A DNA stretch of 61,635 nucleotides, counting the filler, from Squatina squatina (Eukaryota), in assembly GCA_031763465.1 (NCBI GenBank). It is 4 parts of 4 records of this genome, joined end to end, with 100 filler letters (N's around TTAATTAATTAA, not from the genome) between each part and the next. Parts side by side here need not be neighbours in the genome. Positions count along the whole stretch, not along the records: positions 1 to 19,260 come from JARFOE010000016.1; positions 19,361 to 33,941 come from JARFOE010000176.1; 2 more parts are not named here. One strand, written 5' to 3'. Positions 11,831 to 25,430 of the stretch are shown piece after piece (the stretch's first letter is position 1; every line of letters begins with the position of its first letter). A program made the position numbers and the translations under genes. A model generated the notes under the pieces. The model saw only the letters and a program-made list of their open reading frames with translations, did not search any database and had not been told where the DNA came from.

Positions 11831-14269
11831 TTAATGAGCTAGTATGTCAGCTGGGGTTGCCAACTCTGGGTTTGATGTATTCTTGGGTGTTTCATCACAT
11901 GACCTCCTGCCTCCAACCATCTCGCTCGGTTAAACAGCTGTTTTTCTCCATTTCTAATATTGAACTCAAGTGTGAAAGAAATTTTTTTTTAAAACGCAAA
12001 TGCTTTTTAATGCCCCAATGATTTCTTTCCCTGGGGTTGCTCGCAGTAGTGTCCAGGGGATTTATCTAGCATTCCTGGAGACTCCATGTCAATCCTGGAG
12101 AGTTGGCAACCCTCTCAATTAAACTAAAGATCAATCAAAATGGGCTTTTTGGGCCTCGTTCTTATGTTCGAGACGACAGCATGAACATCCCCTAGCAACC
12201 ATCATAGCAACATGGCACCACAGTTTTCAGAATTCGTTGCTCCAGGAACTGTGACCTTCCGAAGCTTCCAAATGAGGCAATAATTCCATATTAAGAAAAG
12301 AATTGAAGTCACAACCCCCTATAATTTATTCATGTAAAAGTTTTAAGCTTAATATTTTTAAAAGATTCTTTTTCTTTAAAGGAACATTAATTTCTCCTCC
12401 GCCCCTGACATTAGCCTGACAGATTCCATATTTTCTGTTCCACAACCCTTGCATCAACATACACAAATCATTTTAAATCCTTTCTGACAAGGAGCTATTC
12501 TGCCAACACTGAGTTGTTAGCAACAGAATTGATAACAGGATCACTAAGCATTTGCAGAAAAAAATCAATTTTCCACCACAATTTCCTGGTAGCTTGTAGT
12601 ACAGGGACTGATGCACCTAGAAAGCACCTGTGGGAGAGAGGGAAGAGAGACAATTTCAGGTTAGTAATAAAACAAAAGTATCGAGGCCAACATTTTTCAG
12701 GGACGTTCNNNNNNNNNNNNNNNNNNNNNNNNNNNNNNNNNNNNNNNNNNNNNNNNNNNNNNNNNNNNNNNNNNNNNNNNNNNNNNNNNNNNNNNNNNNN
12801 NNNNNNNNGGGGGGGGGGGGGGGGCGGGCAAGAAGTGTTTAGTCGCGCTGCTCTGGCCATCTTGGGCGGGGCGCAGGCTGGATAGGCCATAAATCGCTTC
12901 CGAAAAATAAAATAAGCACTTGACCAGTAATCAATTGCTAATTATCTTTTTATTTTTTTTTAATTTTTATGTAAACATTGTTTGATAGGCACAAGATAAC
13001 AAAAGCACTAATGCAACCAATGCAACAAATAAACAAAACGAGATCTCCATTCACATTATTTAGGCTTTTGAGCTGATAAATAGGGCTACGCAATTTTCTT
13101 TTCCTCAGTAAGGCAAGTCCAGAATCGGCTCCTGTCACTTGTACTGGTAAAAGATGCATGTCTTGAATACTTAACGCTGATTTAGTCAATGGTCGCTGGT
13201 CAGTGATGTAGATCAGAATAAATACAGGCACTAACAGGTTAACAGAACCATGCACGAGAAATCATTATCGAGAGAAACTAAAATACTCGAATGGAACATG
13301 GGGATGTACCGAAGATTGCAATAAACTCACAGAAGAGGGACTCTTCCCACTTGAAAAACAAGAATAAGCATAACACTATGGATCTCTCACTCACAGGATC
13401 TTAACACTGAATGTTGGTCATANNNNNNNNNNNNNNNNNNNNNNNNNNNNNNNNNNNNNNNNNNNNNNNNNNNNNNNNNNNNNNNNNNNNNNNNNNNNNN
13501 NNNNNNNNNNNNNNNNNNNNNNCCAACAATTCAGCACTCACTGAGCACTGCACTGGAGTACCAGCCAAGGACTTGAAATCCACAGCCTTCTGGCTCAGAG
13601 GCAAAAGTACTCCACATTGAGCTAAGCTGACATGTGACAGGCCACTAATGGTCTTTAGGCTGCATTACGAGCATTATTACGGGGGCCAACGAATCGTCAC
13701 ACAATTCCTTTATTTTATCTGCTTCTTAGAAAACAATATGAGAATTAGCTTGGCTGCACACTAAGTGAATACTTCTCTTCCAATCACAGGAACTCCTTGT
13801 CCATTCTACTGATTCTGTAAATGATGCCAAACTTCTTAAATCCACATTCCTTCGTAAGTCACACAGGCAACCCAATTCTGAATGTGCGTTTTGCTTCAGG
13901 CAATTACAGATGAAAGAATAGCTGGCAGGAGTACATCCAGAAAATTAAATTGTGTTGGCACTGCACTGAATACCTGCTTTGCATTTTTGCTTGTTGTGTT
14001 GCTAAGGATCTTAGCAGCGGTAATTTGATGGAAGCATTTTTGCCTCTGTTCAGATATGCAAATATCAGCTGGTTCCGAGGAAATTTGTGGGCCTGAGGAA
14101 AAATACAGATATCATCCCGTTTTTCCACGAGTGAATTTTAGTCATTTTCACTTCACGAAAGTGGTTAACGAGATCGTTATTTTATGCGGTTTGCATTGAT
14201 GCAAAATGCATTCTACTTCAACTTGAGGCCACTTGTGTCATGCAATGTGGCAGTGCATCTAGGAGAAAA

Positions 14270-14800
14270 GAAAGACTTACATTTCTATAGTGCCTGTCAT
14301 GACCTCGGGATGTCCCAGCGCGCTTTTATAGCAAAATGAAGTACTTTTGAAATGTCGTCACCCACGCCAAGATAATTTGAAATAAAGACTTGCATTTATA
14401 TAGTATCTTTAACAGCTTCAGAGTGTCCCAAGCGCTTTACAGTTAATTAAATACTTCCAAGTGTAATCACTGTTGTAGTGGCAACCAATTTGCACACAGC
14501 AAGATCCCACAAACAGCAATGTGATAATGATCAGATAATCTGTTTTTGCTATGTTGACTGAGGGATAAATATTGGCCAGGCCATAGTGCCATGGGATCTT
14601 TTACATCCACCTGAGAAAGCAGGCGGGGCCCTTGGTTTAACATCTCATCCAAAAGGTGGCACCTCCGACAGTGCAGCACTCCCTCAGCACTTGCTCTGGA
14701 GTGCCAGCCTAGATTTTTGCGCTCAAGTGTCTGGAGTGCTGATTTGAACCCACAACCTTCTGACTCTGGAGGAGAGAGTGCTACCCGCTGAGCCACAGCG
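14270..14800 (-). mobile_element. Deu-domain SINE, near full length, plus an adjacent second tail fragment
   Basis: Reverse strand: 'gtggctcagcgggtagcactct...gggttcaaatc' tRNA head, Deu body, tail ending 'tataaatgcaagtc'. Confidence 0.85.
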
Positions 14801-16419
14801 GACAAGAGTTGCAAATTGCACTGAGTTACTGAGTGGTGGAATTTGTCCAGATTGAAGAGAAAGCCACTGTGCAGCCATCAGGATAGTCAGATTTGTACTG
14901 CACCAAACGTATTTGTGCCAGTGGTTTATTCTACCCCTCATTCCAGAAGCCTTTAAATGGTATGAAAATATAACATTTTCTGGCAAGTTAACCCTCAGCC
15001 TTGACTTGAGTTGGGACAAATTAGCAGCCCAGCTCCAGTCATTATTCATTATGTCATTATGCGTTAGGCACTTAACTCCTGTACTACATAATTTAGATCT
15101 AATAAAAAATCCATGACAGTATTCTTAGCCACTTCATTAGGTCACTAATTTCTTGTAAAGAATTGTACATTAATCCTTTTCACAGCTTCTTATAAAATGG
15201 CATATTGTTATTTTATGCTAGTAATGGAATGCTCATGCCCTGGCACCCATTGCATGCCTAAGAGAAGCTATTCCATTAGTGTTCAGCATAATTTCACTTG
15301 GAATGAAACATATTGCACATCCTCATTTTCTTAACCCAGTTGCTAACCAACAATATTTTAAGCAAATACTGTATTTTGGACAGCTATTTTGATATTATAA
15401 TTTTTAATAATTAAATTAAAATACTATTTTTGACTGTGCTTTATGTCATTACATAATGATACATTTGGTACACGCATAAATGTTCATCATTATTTAGGTC
15501 ATCACCAATGACTTGACACCGACCGCGCTAAAATTTACACTGAGAATCCGAGAAAAAATGCAGCTCTTTGGTGAAGGGACAACTCCTTGACTACTATGTG
15601 TAGCTCTGCACACTGTACCACAAAGTAACAGCCTTGTATTCGAGGGGTACTAAGTTGATAAATGGCATCGCTCGCCTGTGCAATAAGGGGAGACTTCAGG
15701 GAGTGGGAATGTTTACACTGGAAAAAAGGGTGGCTTGAAAATGATTTTACTGAGCTATTTAAGATTCCAAACAAAGAGAAACTGGATCCCAGACCAAAGT
15801 TTGATATTTAACAAAAGTTGCAGGACAAAGGGGCATAGATTCAAGCTTAGATGAGAAAAGCTAAGTGAACTGTCAACATATAACTTCTTCATGCAGAGGG
15901 CCGTGAAGATGTGGACAGCCTACCCAGAGGAAAATATAAAGCAAGGATGCTACAAATTTCAAGAGGCCGGTAGATACATTTTGATGGACAGGGCTATGAG
16001 AACTGATTAAAAAAAAGAAAGCCTTGCATTTATATAGCGCCTTTCATGNNNNNNNNNNNNNNNNNNNNNNNNNNNNNNNNNNNNNNNNNNNNNNNNNNNN
16101 NNNNNNNNNNNNNNNNNNNNNNNNNNNNNNNNNNNNNNNNNNNNNNNNTGAAGGACCTTGGGATGTACATTATAGGCGCTATATAAATGGAAGTTGTTCT
16201 TGTTGTTAATTTGCTCCCAAAACACTGAACTGCTTGTTCGGCTACATTTTTCATACAAATATTTGGATGACTTAGCTGCTATATTGAAGTGTGCAGCTGT
16301 GTTTGCGTTAAACATGACAGTCTGAGGAGAATTAGAAAATGTATTGACAATACTCCTGTACGTGTAATGTTTGTCTGAGTGTGGTTACATTTTTTTATCT
16401 ATGTTCTGTGGCACTGAAC

Positions 16420-16833
16420 AGTGTCAGTGGGTAGCTCCCTCACCCTGAGTCAGAAGGGACTGGAGCACATAAATCTAGGCTGAAACTCCAGTGCAACGCT
16501 GAGGGAGGTGCTGTCTTTCGGATGAGACGCTAAGCCGAGCCCCCTTCTGTTCTCTCAGTTGAAAGTAAAAGATCCCACAGCACTCTTTCGAAGATGTGCA
16601 GGGGAGTTATCCCCGGTGACCTGGACAATATTTACCCCTCAGTCAACATAAAAAAACAGATTTTCTGGCCATTATCACATTGCTGTTTGTGGGATCTTGC
16701 AGTGCGTAAATTGGCTGCCGCGTTTCCCACATTACAACAGTGACTACACTTCAAAAGCACTTCATTGGCTGTAAAGCGCTTTGAGACGTCTGATGGTCGC
16801 AAAAGGCGCTATATAAATGCAAGTCTTTCTTTC
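16420..16833 (+). mobile_element. Deu-domain SINE
   Basis: 'cagtgggtagct...gagtcagaagg...tttcggatgagacg...aaaggcgctatataaatgcaagtctttctttc'. Confidence 0.85.
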
Positions 16834-17314
16834 ACTGCATATGGGCGGTCAAGAGCAAATTCTATCTTCAGGTGAAGCAGGATAAGAAGGCAAGGGAATC
16901 ATTGGACCAGGAAGGAGGAAGAGAGGAAAGGTAGTGAAGGAAGGGGAAGGCGTGAGGGAAAGGGGAGGAAGAGGAAATGATAGGAAGAGGAGGGGGAAGG
17001 AACGAAGAGGGATTCGGAAGGTGGGAGGCAAAGAAGAAAGGTTTATGGGGAGGAGATCCACCTACAGGCCATGATTGGGTGATGCCAAGCTTAAGTTTTA
17101 AATCTTACAAGAGAAATGAAAGACTGAGGGAGGTCAGGATTTGCACAGTTTGAGCAGCTTGGAAAGAATGATTTGAGCAAGAAATGCTGCGATGAATTTT
17201 GACAAAGTGAGGATACAAGGAGGAGGAAGAGCACATGGGTATTCAGGAGAAAGAGAGGAAAGCACAGAGGACCAATGATAGTAATATTGACAAAGGAGAG
17301 AGGATAGTACCAAC

Positions 17315-17444
17315 CTCAAAGCCTTTTGCATTATCTCCCAGGCCTTCCACAATCCCAGAGCACTCAAAGCCAGGAACCAATGGTGTCTTTGGTGGATTGT
17401 CTATGTTACCTTGTCGAACCATCAAGTCTATGAAATTCAAGCCA
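17315..17444 (-). CDS. VAT1L: Synaptic vesicle membrane protein VAT-1 homolog-like, internal exon (130 nt)
   Basis: GLNFIDLMVRQGNIDNPPKTPLVPGFECSGIVEGLGDNAKGFE; acceptor ttttttcag, donor GAG|gttggt; next to NUDT7 as in other vertebrates. Confidence 0.93.
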
Positions 17445-17880
17445 CTGAAAAAAATAAATTGTCAAGTCAGAATTCCAGCAACTGANNNNNNNNNNNNNNN
17501 NNNNNNNNNNNNNNNNNNNNNNNNNNNNNNNNNNNNNNNNNNNNNNNNNNNNNNNNNNNNNNNNNNNNNNNNNNNNNNNNNNNNNACTTTTGTGGCATCT
17601 AACCCTATGCAGTTTTAAGACTGTGACTTTATAGATGACTTGTGATGCTAAATTGCCTCACAGATAAGATCCCCTTTTTCAACGAACTGCTGATTTTTTT
17701 TTTTGTACTGCCTTTGGTGATTCAGAGATGGTCCTGAGCGTAAGCACAGCTACCCGTCTCCTAGTGACCAACACCCAGGAGTCTGGCAAATCAAATCATT
17801 TTGTGTTTTTTTTTTCCCAGTCAGTTTGCAAAATCATCAAGCGATGAGCAACACAAAGAACACTCAGACCATATTACTGT

Positions 17881-18085
17881 TTAGATAGATAGACAGGAAC
17901 CAGATGAAAATAGATGGGAAGGTAAGTAGATCGATAGATAGAAAAATAGAGAGATAGATAGATAGTAGGCATATAGTTAGACAGAAAGGCAGATAGAAAA
18001 ATAAAGAGGCAGACAGACAGGTGAATATAGATAGATGATAGATAGCTGATAGGTAAATATAGATAAATAGAAAGAAAGAAAGAAA
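17881..18085 (+). repeat. Degenerate (GATA/GACA)n microsatellite
   Basis: Runs of agat/agac; it resumes as tcta/agat at 18250-18296. Confidence 0.85.
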
Positions 18086-18255
18086 AGCAAAATACTGTGG
18101 ATGCTGGCATTCTGAAATAAAAGCAGAAAATGCTGGAAATACTCAGCAGGTCAGGCAGCATCTGTGGAGAGAGAAACAGAGTTAATGCTTCTGGTCGGTG
18201 ACCCTTCGTCTGGTTCTGACAAAAGACCATCAACCTGAAAAGTTAACTCTGTCTG
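18086..18255. mobile_element. Penelope-like element terminal fragment, inverted pair
   Basis: 'aaatactgtggatgctgg...cagcaggtcaggcagcatctgtggagagagaaacagagttaa' then an inverted copy ending 'cctgaaaagttaactctg'; same family at 45443-45555. Confidence 0.6.
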
Positions 18256-18956
18256 TCTATCTATCTATCCAGAGAAACAGTTAGATAGATGGACAGNNNN
18301 NNNNNNNNNNNNNNNNNNNNNNNNNNNNNNNNNNNNNNNNNNNNNNNNNNNNNNNNNNNNNNNNNNNNNNNNNNNNNNNNNNNNNNNNNNNNNNNNGTGC
18401 ATTACTGGAGGAAATCGAACCCCAAGCCGGAAGAGCAACTCAGCAGACAAGCCACCCTGACCATTCTTAACGCAAGTCTGAGTGGATGACTGAAGGACAG
18501 AATTGATAGAAGCACTCACACGCACATATTTTCGGGTAGCCTGTTCAAGGATATATTAGAAAATAAAAGTTTATTATTTTTCTGTATAACTGTCAATTCA
18601 TTACATAACATCTGTTTAAATGACACACATTCTGCTGAGGCTTCACGTCAATCCACAGCACAAGATCATAACATAAGTGATCATAAAACACTGTGGTAAC
18701 GCCTCAAAAGGCTCAACTTACTTAACCACTGGCTTATAACAAGGCACTAGCATGGACAACAACAAATTAAAGATGGCAAGTGTAGGAATTGAGAAGACTG
18801 TACATAAATTCAATGTTGAATTAAACAATTAAAAAGGCTAGTAATAGGCTAACTTACAGCAAGATCCAAAGGCGTAATAAGTTTCGGATCTCACTAAAAT
18901 ACTCGTGTTTAACCGCTGCCTTTTTAAAGACAGAAATAGGAAACATATCAATAAAC

Positions 18957-19260
18957 TCATAGCTTACTAGTGGCATATTTTTCCATAAGATACTTATCCA
19001 TACTTGCAATTGGATCATCTATGTCAAAATCGACCTTAAACAAAGGCCTCTGACCGAGAGCTAAATAGGCCACAATAATACAAAGTTGGGCAGTGAGGCC
19101 CCAGATAGTGAACGACTTGTGCAGCAGCCGGTCCTTGAAGGTGAAGAAATGCAGCAACCTTCCCGCATCGTACGGAGTTGAAGTGTGCTCCTCTGACTTT
19201 AAGAAGTGGTGCATTGGGAGGATAAACACGTCACTCACTTCATCAGCGTTGGGCTGTGGC
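18957..19260 (-). CDS. NUDT7: Peroxisomal CoA diphosphatase NUDT7, terminal exon (5'-truncated at scaffold end)
   Basis: PQPNADEVSDVFILPMHHFL...FTIWGLTAQLCIIVAYLALGQRPLFKVDFDIDD...YATSKL*; IWGLTA motif and C-terminal SKL PTS1. Confidence 0.93.
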
Positions 19261-19304
19261 NNNNNNNNNNNNNNNNNNNNNNNNNNNNNNNNNNNNNNNN
19301 NNNN

Positions 19305-19316
19305 TTAATTAATTAA
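19305..19316. other. Artificial scaffold linker TTAATTAATTAA
   Basis: Six-frame stop spacer centred in N44+12+N44. Confidence 0.97.
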
Positions 19317-19360
19317 NNNNNNNNNNNNNNNNNNNNNNNNNNNNNNNNNNNNNNNNNNNN

Positions 19361-22300
19361 CAGGAATCGGTGCTTGACATTATTGGAGGGGCAGTGACAG
19401 AGTCTGTGGCCACTGGAAAAATTAAAGCCGTTGCTGATAATGATAGTTTGCTCATACCTAATCCTTCTTCTCACATCCCACTGTCCCCTCATCCCACAAT
19501 CCCTTTTCACTTACAAGCTGCTGATGCTATACACATGGATATCTTGCTTTCCCCCCTCCCTTCACCACAACCCGACCCTTGTGCCTTTCTGCTTTCAGAC
19601 ACGCAAGAACTGCAAGCTGGCCAGCCTGTCCCTGAGGTTGCGGAGGAGTATGATGGGGGAGAAGAAGACACACCGTCACTGCATCTGACACTCAGAGGCA
19701 CCAACTCAGAATCTAGCACTGCGTGAAATTTAAAGGGTAGTTTAGAGGTGGGATCTTCACACGGTGAGGCACTGGGTATGAGTGGGCTGCAGCAAGACCA
19801 GGGGGAAAGGGTAACTTGGGTGCCAATTTGTGCATGATTTCTGCTGCACAGGGCTCAGATGATAACTTTGATGGGGCAGCCTTCAGAAGAAGGGTGATGG
19901 GCATGCACATGGAAATGCCTGGTGTAATGGCAAGTCTGCCAGAGAACTTCTTGTCAGTGTCAAGGAGCATGGAGGAGGCTGGCTCCAACATTGGCCTGGA
20001 ATTTGCGCAGAGCTCGGAGTCCATGATTTCCAGGATATAACTGATGGACAACTCCAGTAGAGACCTTGTGGACCCAGCCATGACGCTGCGTGTGATGGAC
20101 GATATTGCGGCTTCCATTGCAGTACAGGCATCTCAGCGTTGCAGTGGAATTGCAGACTGCTCTCCTGCTGTCTCAACTTGCTCCCACCATTATCACTGGG
20201 TTTCCGACTGTCGAAAGGGGCTTGCAGAGTATTACAGCAGACTTCTAACAGATTCCTAGGAATGCAGAGGTGCAGCTCCGAGGAGCGTCAGTGGGATTTG
20301 TGGAGCAAGAACCTGCTGTCCTTTCTCAGGAGGACAACATTCCTACTCCCACCACTGCCGCTCCACCATTGCCCTTGCCGCTGCCTATCAGCCAGCCAGC
20401 CCAGACTGCTGACGCCATGCCGAGGTGGTGCAGTCTGTAGCCAGGCCTTCTAGTTCCACTGATGGTCAAGGTCTTTGTGCAAGGCCACTTGTAGTCTCCC
20501 CACTGAAAGTCAGCAGCCTTCCACCAGCCATGCTGCAGCCATTGGGAGAGCACTGCGTAGAAGCACTAGATCAGGAAGGGCAACCGAATGATAGGGACTA
20601 AGGGAATGCACAAGAATGATTAGTTGATATTATAATTTTGATTGGATTCAGATAAATTTAGGATATTTGTTTGAAATGTGTGTTTTTTGGTGGCTCTCAT
20701 TTCAGCTTTGTGCTCAGGAGGACACTATGATATTCCATGACAGAGGGATGGTATGATGGGGAAATGGTGAGCAACGAGGATCTGGGGTTTCATTCATTGG
20801 AATCAGAGTCTGTTGAGGCGTTCACTGGCAGCTCGTCTGGAATGGGGATTTGATGCCTGCCCCCTGCCTCCTTCCTCCCTCCTCTTTCTCTTCCCTTTCC
20901 TCCATCTCATCCTCTTCCTCTTCCTCCTCCTCCTCTCCCTCTCCCCCTTGAAGTAGTCCTGCAATCCCCGGTGGCAAGGGCTGTGCCCTCATGACGGCCA
21001 CGCTGTGGAGCATGCAGCAGGTGACTACAAAGTGGGACACCTACTCTAGTGAGTATTGGAGGGATCCTCCCGAGAAGTCAAGGCAGCAGAACTGTTGCTT
21101 GCGCATCCCAATGGTTTGCATGATGATGCTCCTGGTGGTAGCACGGCTGTCATTATATGCCTGCTGGGCACGAGCGGTGGGGTTGCAGAAATGAATCATC
21201 AGCCAGGTGCAGAGTGGATAGCCCTGTCTCCAATCAGCCATCCTCGGGTTTGACGTGGTGGCTTGAAGGTTGCTGGTCCACCGGACTGGCACAGAATGAA
21301 GGCATCATGACTGTTGCCAGAATAGCAGGCATTCACCATCATGATGTGCTGGTTGTGACAGCATAACTGCACAATAAGTGAGTGGTAGCTTTTGCGGTAT
21401 ATGGTGCCTGCAAAGCCACGTGTGAACAGTCTATGGCACCCTGCACCATGGGAAGGCCTGCTGTCCTGCCAAAGCCGCATGAGTGTTCGTCCTGCTTCTC
21501 TCTGCTCAGAAAGAAGACAATACAGTCCTTTCTCCTGGTGTGGAGAGGCTCTGTGACCTCCCAGAAGCAGCGGTGGATGGCAACCTGTGAGATGTTAGCT
21601 ATGTGTCCTGCTGCAGACTGGAAAAATCCACTGCTGAAGAAATTGAGGGCCATGGTGATCTTGAAGGCCACTGGGAGAACTGTGGAAGCTCTGCTCTGAG
21701 GCTGCAGGTCTGGTTTCAGGAGGTGGCAGAGTTCTGTGACCACCTCCTTGGTGAAGTGAAGCCTCCTAATACACTGCTCCTCACTTAGGTAGAGGCAAGA
21801 GAAGTGCTCTTGGAAGAACCGAGGTGGGTAAGGATGCTGTTGAGAGCCCTCCTAGCCCTCCTCCTCTTCTCTCTCTGCACATCTTTGCTGCCTCCGTTCC
21901 CTCTCTCGAAGATATTTGAATGCAAGGGGGACTACAAGTAGAGCCCCCATGACTGTGAGCGAGTGCTGTGAGCAGAAGCCTTTAAATGAGAATGAAGGCG
22001 TTCTCCACTTTCACCAATGATGCCTGTCAGCTCAAGAACTTTAAACAAGTTTAGAAAGTTACAAGATTTGCAGAAACTTAGACAGAACCAGTCAAACTGA
22101 GAAACCATGTTAGCTGCAAGTTGTTGTTGATGATGATGATCCCTTTAAATATCACTGCTGGGGCTCCTTCCTGCTCCAAAATGCTTGGTCAGCTGGTCAT
22201 GATTAAGAGAGGATGGGAAGCGGAGTGGCGAAGTCTAAAGTGGCAGATTGTGAATCAAGTGAGTGTTGCATACTCATTGACATCACATTCTGCCTCATTC

Positions 22301-22420
22301 CCATTTCTGATGTGTGCGCACACAACGGTAGCACTGCCAACCTGCCCAAAATGGCAGCCACTGCAGGACCCACTGGAAGCAGTCCCTGATGGCCAGCACT
22401 AACCCCTGAATTTCCAGGCA
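19361..22420. mobile_element. PIF/Harbinger DNA transposon, decayed (copy 1)
   Basis: Convergent layout: spliced accessory-gene remnant on + (19361-20625) and HARBI1-like transposase on -; segments shared with copy 2 at 54979-56380. Confidence 0.85.
20795..21950 (-). pseudogene. Harbinger DDE transposase (HARBI1-like), frameshifted
   Basis: MGALLVVPL start; ELCHLLKPDLQP..TMALNFFSSG..GAIDCSHVAL; WLIGD/QGYPL; TRSIIMQTIG (third acidic residue lost); motifs fall in several frames. Confidence 0.88.
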
Positions 22421-22444
22421 AAACTGTTTACACTGGCAGGAAGT

Positions 22445-22690
22445 TTGGTAACCAGAGGACCCAGATTTAAGGTAATTGGAAAAAGAATCAGAGGGGAGAT
22501 GAGGAGAATTTTCTTTGCGCAGCGAGTTGTTATTGTCTATAATGCACTGCCTGAAAGGGTGGTAGAAGCTGATTTCAACAGTAACTTTCAAAAGGAAACT
22601 TTTTCAGCACTATGGGGAAAGAACAGGCAAGTGGGATTCATTGGATAGCTCTTTCCAAGAGTCAGCACAGGCACGATGGGCCAAATGAGC
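22445..22690 (+). mobile_element. CR1-type LINE 3' fragment
   Basis: VTRGPRFKVIGKRIRGEMRRIFFAQRVVIVYNALPERVVEA. Confidence 0.88.
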
Positions 22691-24973
22691 AGTCGTTGCC
22701 ATCGCAAATCGCACAGTGGCGCTGTATCTTACCTGAGTTAATCCTGACGCTTTCAGCAGCTCCTGGGGAGAGTGGCTGTCGAAGTAGAAGAGGTTGGGGG
22801 GCCGCGCCCCAACAATGCGCGAATAAACTTTGTTTCGGACCTGCATGCAGAAGCAAAAGAAACAAAATCAGTCAGATGGAACACTATGAGTGTCTCTTAA
22901 TTGTACTTGTAGAAAATCTCATCTGAGCAAACAGCCTCTCAAAACTCGATCAGGATATCACAATGTGGCTGGCAACAACAATCAGACGTACAAACCCTCA
23001 TTGGGCATGTGATCTCTATACTCATATTTGCACGGCATGTGCCCGTGAACTTGAGCCTTTTTGTGTGCTTGTTGGTAAAATAAAAAGGAGAGTGTGCAAG
23101 TGTGTTTTGGTCGTTGCAAGTACTTTACTTCCTTGGTTACTGAATGGTGGCAGATATTTGTTAAGTAAACATACAGGGCCTGAAATTACAATCTCCCCGG
23201 GTGGGAACAATGTTTTCACGCACCCGGGGAGACATCGCAAAANNNNNNNNNNNNNNNNNNNNNNNNNNNNNNNNNNNNNNNNNNNNNNNNNNNNNNNNNN
23301 NNNNNNNNNNNNNNNNNNNNNNNNNNNNNNNNNNNNNNNNNNCGCCTCTGGCAGGAAGTGGCCGCCCATTTTGCATGTGCGCGATTTTGCTCTCCGTTTA
23401 CATCCTTTGAATTTAAAAATCAGAACTAGTCTTCATACTCACTCTAATAATATGGATATAAGTGTTGATTTAATGATCTGCTTGTAGCAATATGTTATTT
23501 TGCTGATTGACTTATCATGAGTTCACACTATACTCTGCGTGATTTTGCTCTCTGTCCAGCAGAAAATGCCAGCGATATGTTTGTTATATATCAATTATTT
23601 CAAATTTGTATTGTTTTGTGTGCTGCACAGCCTCCTACATTCGCTGTCTTTGAGAGCCATGGAAAGAGCATTTTCTATTGAGTGAGTTTTTCCCTGAAAT
23701 ACTTGATAGGATTTCTCTGTTGACCAGAATGCTCTCTGTAATGTGTGCTGTAATGGATCTGACGCATATCACGCAGTGTTTATAATGAGGCACCACTGTG
23801 GGTTTTTTTTTTGATTTGTTTTAGTTTGGTAGAAAGTTTTCAGCAAAAGAAAAATCTACATATCTGACAGGCGCTATTCAGGATTTGATGTAGAAGGTGA
23901 CTGTGAATTCTGAGCCATCAACAGTGAAAAATACTCGACAAGTATTTACAGAGAACATCCAGGGACCAGGAATCAACACAGTGGGCGGCATTTCCATTTC
24001 TCAATACACTAATTGGACAATCTCACTCTAGGAAGCCATGAGNNNNNNNNNNNNNNNNNNNNNNNNNNNNNNNNNNNNNNNNNNNNNNNNNNNNNNNNNN
24101 NNNNNNNNNNNNNNNNNNNNNNNNNNNNNNNNNNNNNNNNNNGTTCAATATCTCATCTGAAGGATGGCACCTCAGTGAGTGTACCACCTTCTCAGTACAG
24201 CATACATTATGCGTTGAAGTCTTGAAGACCCTTCTGATTCAGAGGTGAAAGTGCTGGAAGGTGAGACCAGATGACACTTGTTACAGGACCAGATACTGTG
24301 CTAGTGCAGCATTAGAGGAATTCTTGAAGTGGTGGCTTCAATTAGATTTTTCAGGGGATTGTTCAATCGAATTACAAGAAAAAACGAGATACAAAGGATC
24401 TTGTTTTTTTTATTATGAGGTTGAACTTCAGTCATGTCATCTGGGGATTTGTGCACAAAAATAAGCATAATTATCTTAACAGAAACAAGAATAATAGGGT
24501 TTCAAANNNNNNNNNNACCTTCGCCTGACAGAAATAAACCAGCATGTGGGAAGCGCTTGAAGTAATTTACTGCTCAATGTGAACATTAGCAGACTGTTAA
24601 GATAACTTAATTCACACATTTTCACTAATTATCACTGAGATCCAGTGGAAGGTCACAAATTACTATTTTGTTCCGTGAGGAGATAAACCAGGCACAGAAT
24701 TGATATGATTCCCATCTCGACACAGGCTTGTTTGGTTATTAAGAGAATGAAACTAAAACACATAAATGAGTTGTTGCTGTGACAGTTTGATTTCTATCCC
24801 ATTTTTTAATGTTGACTCCAAGTAACACAAAAAAACTCATTACAGAAGACTATCTTAATATATCAAACAGTTTNNNNNNNNNNNNNNNNNNNNNNNNNNN
24901 NNNNNNNNNNNNNNNNNNNNNNNNNNNNNNNNNNNNNNNNNNNNNNNNNNNNNNNNNNNNNNNNNNNNNNNNN

Positions 24974-25430
24974 TTGTTAATAGTTTCTGATGTAGAACCT
25001 TGTCGAATGCCTTCTGGAAGTCCATATAATTAACATCCATGAACACTCCCTTATCTATCACATTTATTGCCATCTCAAAAATTTAACACGGTTCATTAAA
25101 CGTGACTTACCATTCACAAATCCGTGCTGGCTTTCTCTGATCAGCGTATATTTATCCAAATGCTCAGACACTCTGTCCCTAATAACAGATACCAGTAACT
25201 TCCCCACAACTGATGTTAGACTAATAGCCCTATGATACCCAAGTTTTATTTCTCCTACACTTCTTAAATAATGATGGGTCATTGGCAGTTTTCCAAGCCA
25301 AGGTGACAATTCCTGAATCAAGAGAGTTTTAGAAGATCATGACTAATGCACCAACAATTTCCCCACATACTACTTTTAATACCATGGAGTGGAAACCATC
25401 GGAACCTGAAGATTTTTCTATCTTTAACCT
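24974..25430 (-). mobile_element. CR1 reverse transcriptase fragment
   Basis: ISLTSVVGKLL...SQHGFVNGKS; YMDFQKAFDKV. Confidence 0.9.

Noticed and set aside
19305-19316. Recurrent TTAATTAATTAA as a biological motif
   Set aside because: Always centred in identical N runs; it is an artificial six-frame stop linker.
20795-21950. Domesticated HARBI1 host gene
   Set aside because: Multiple frameshifts and stops and a second diverged copy in the window indicate decayed transposons.
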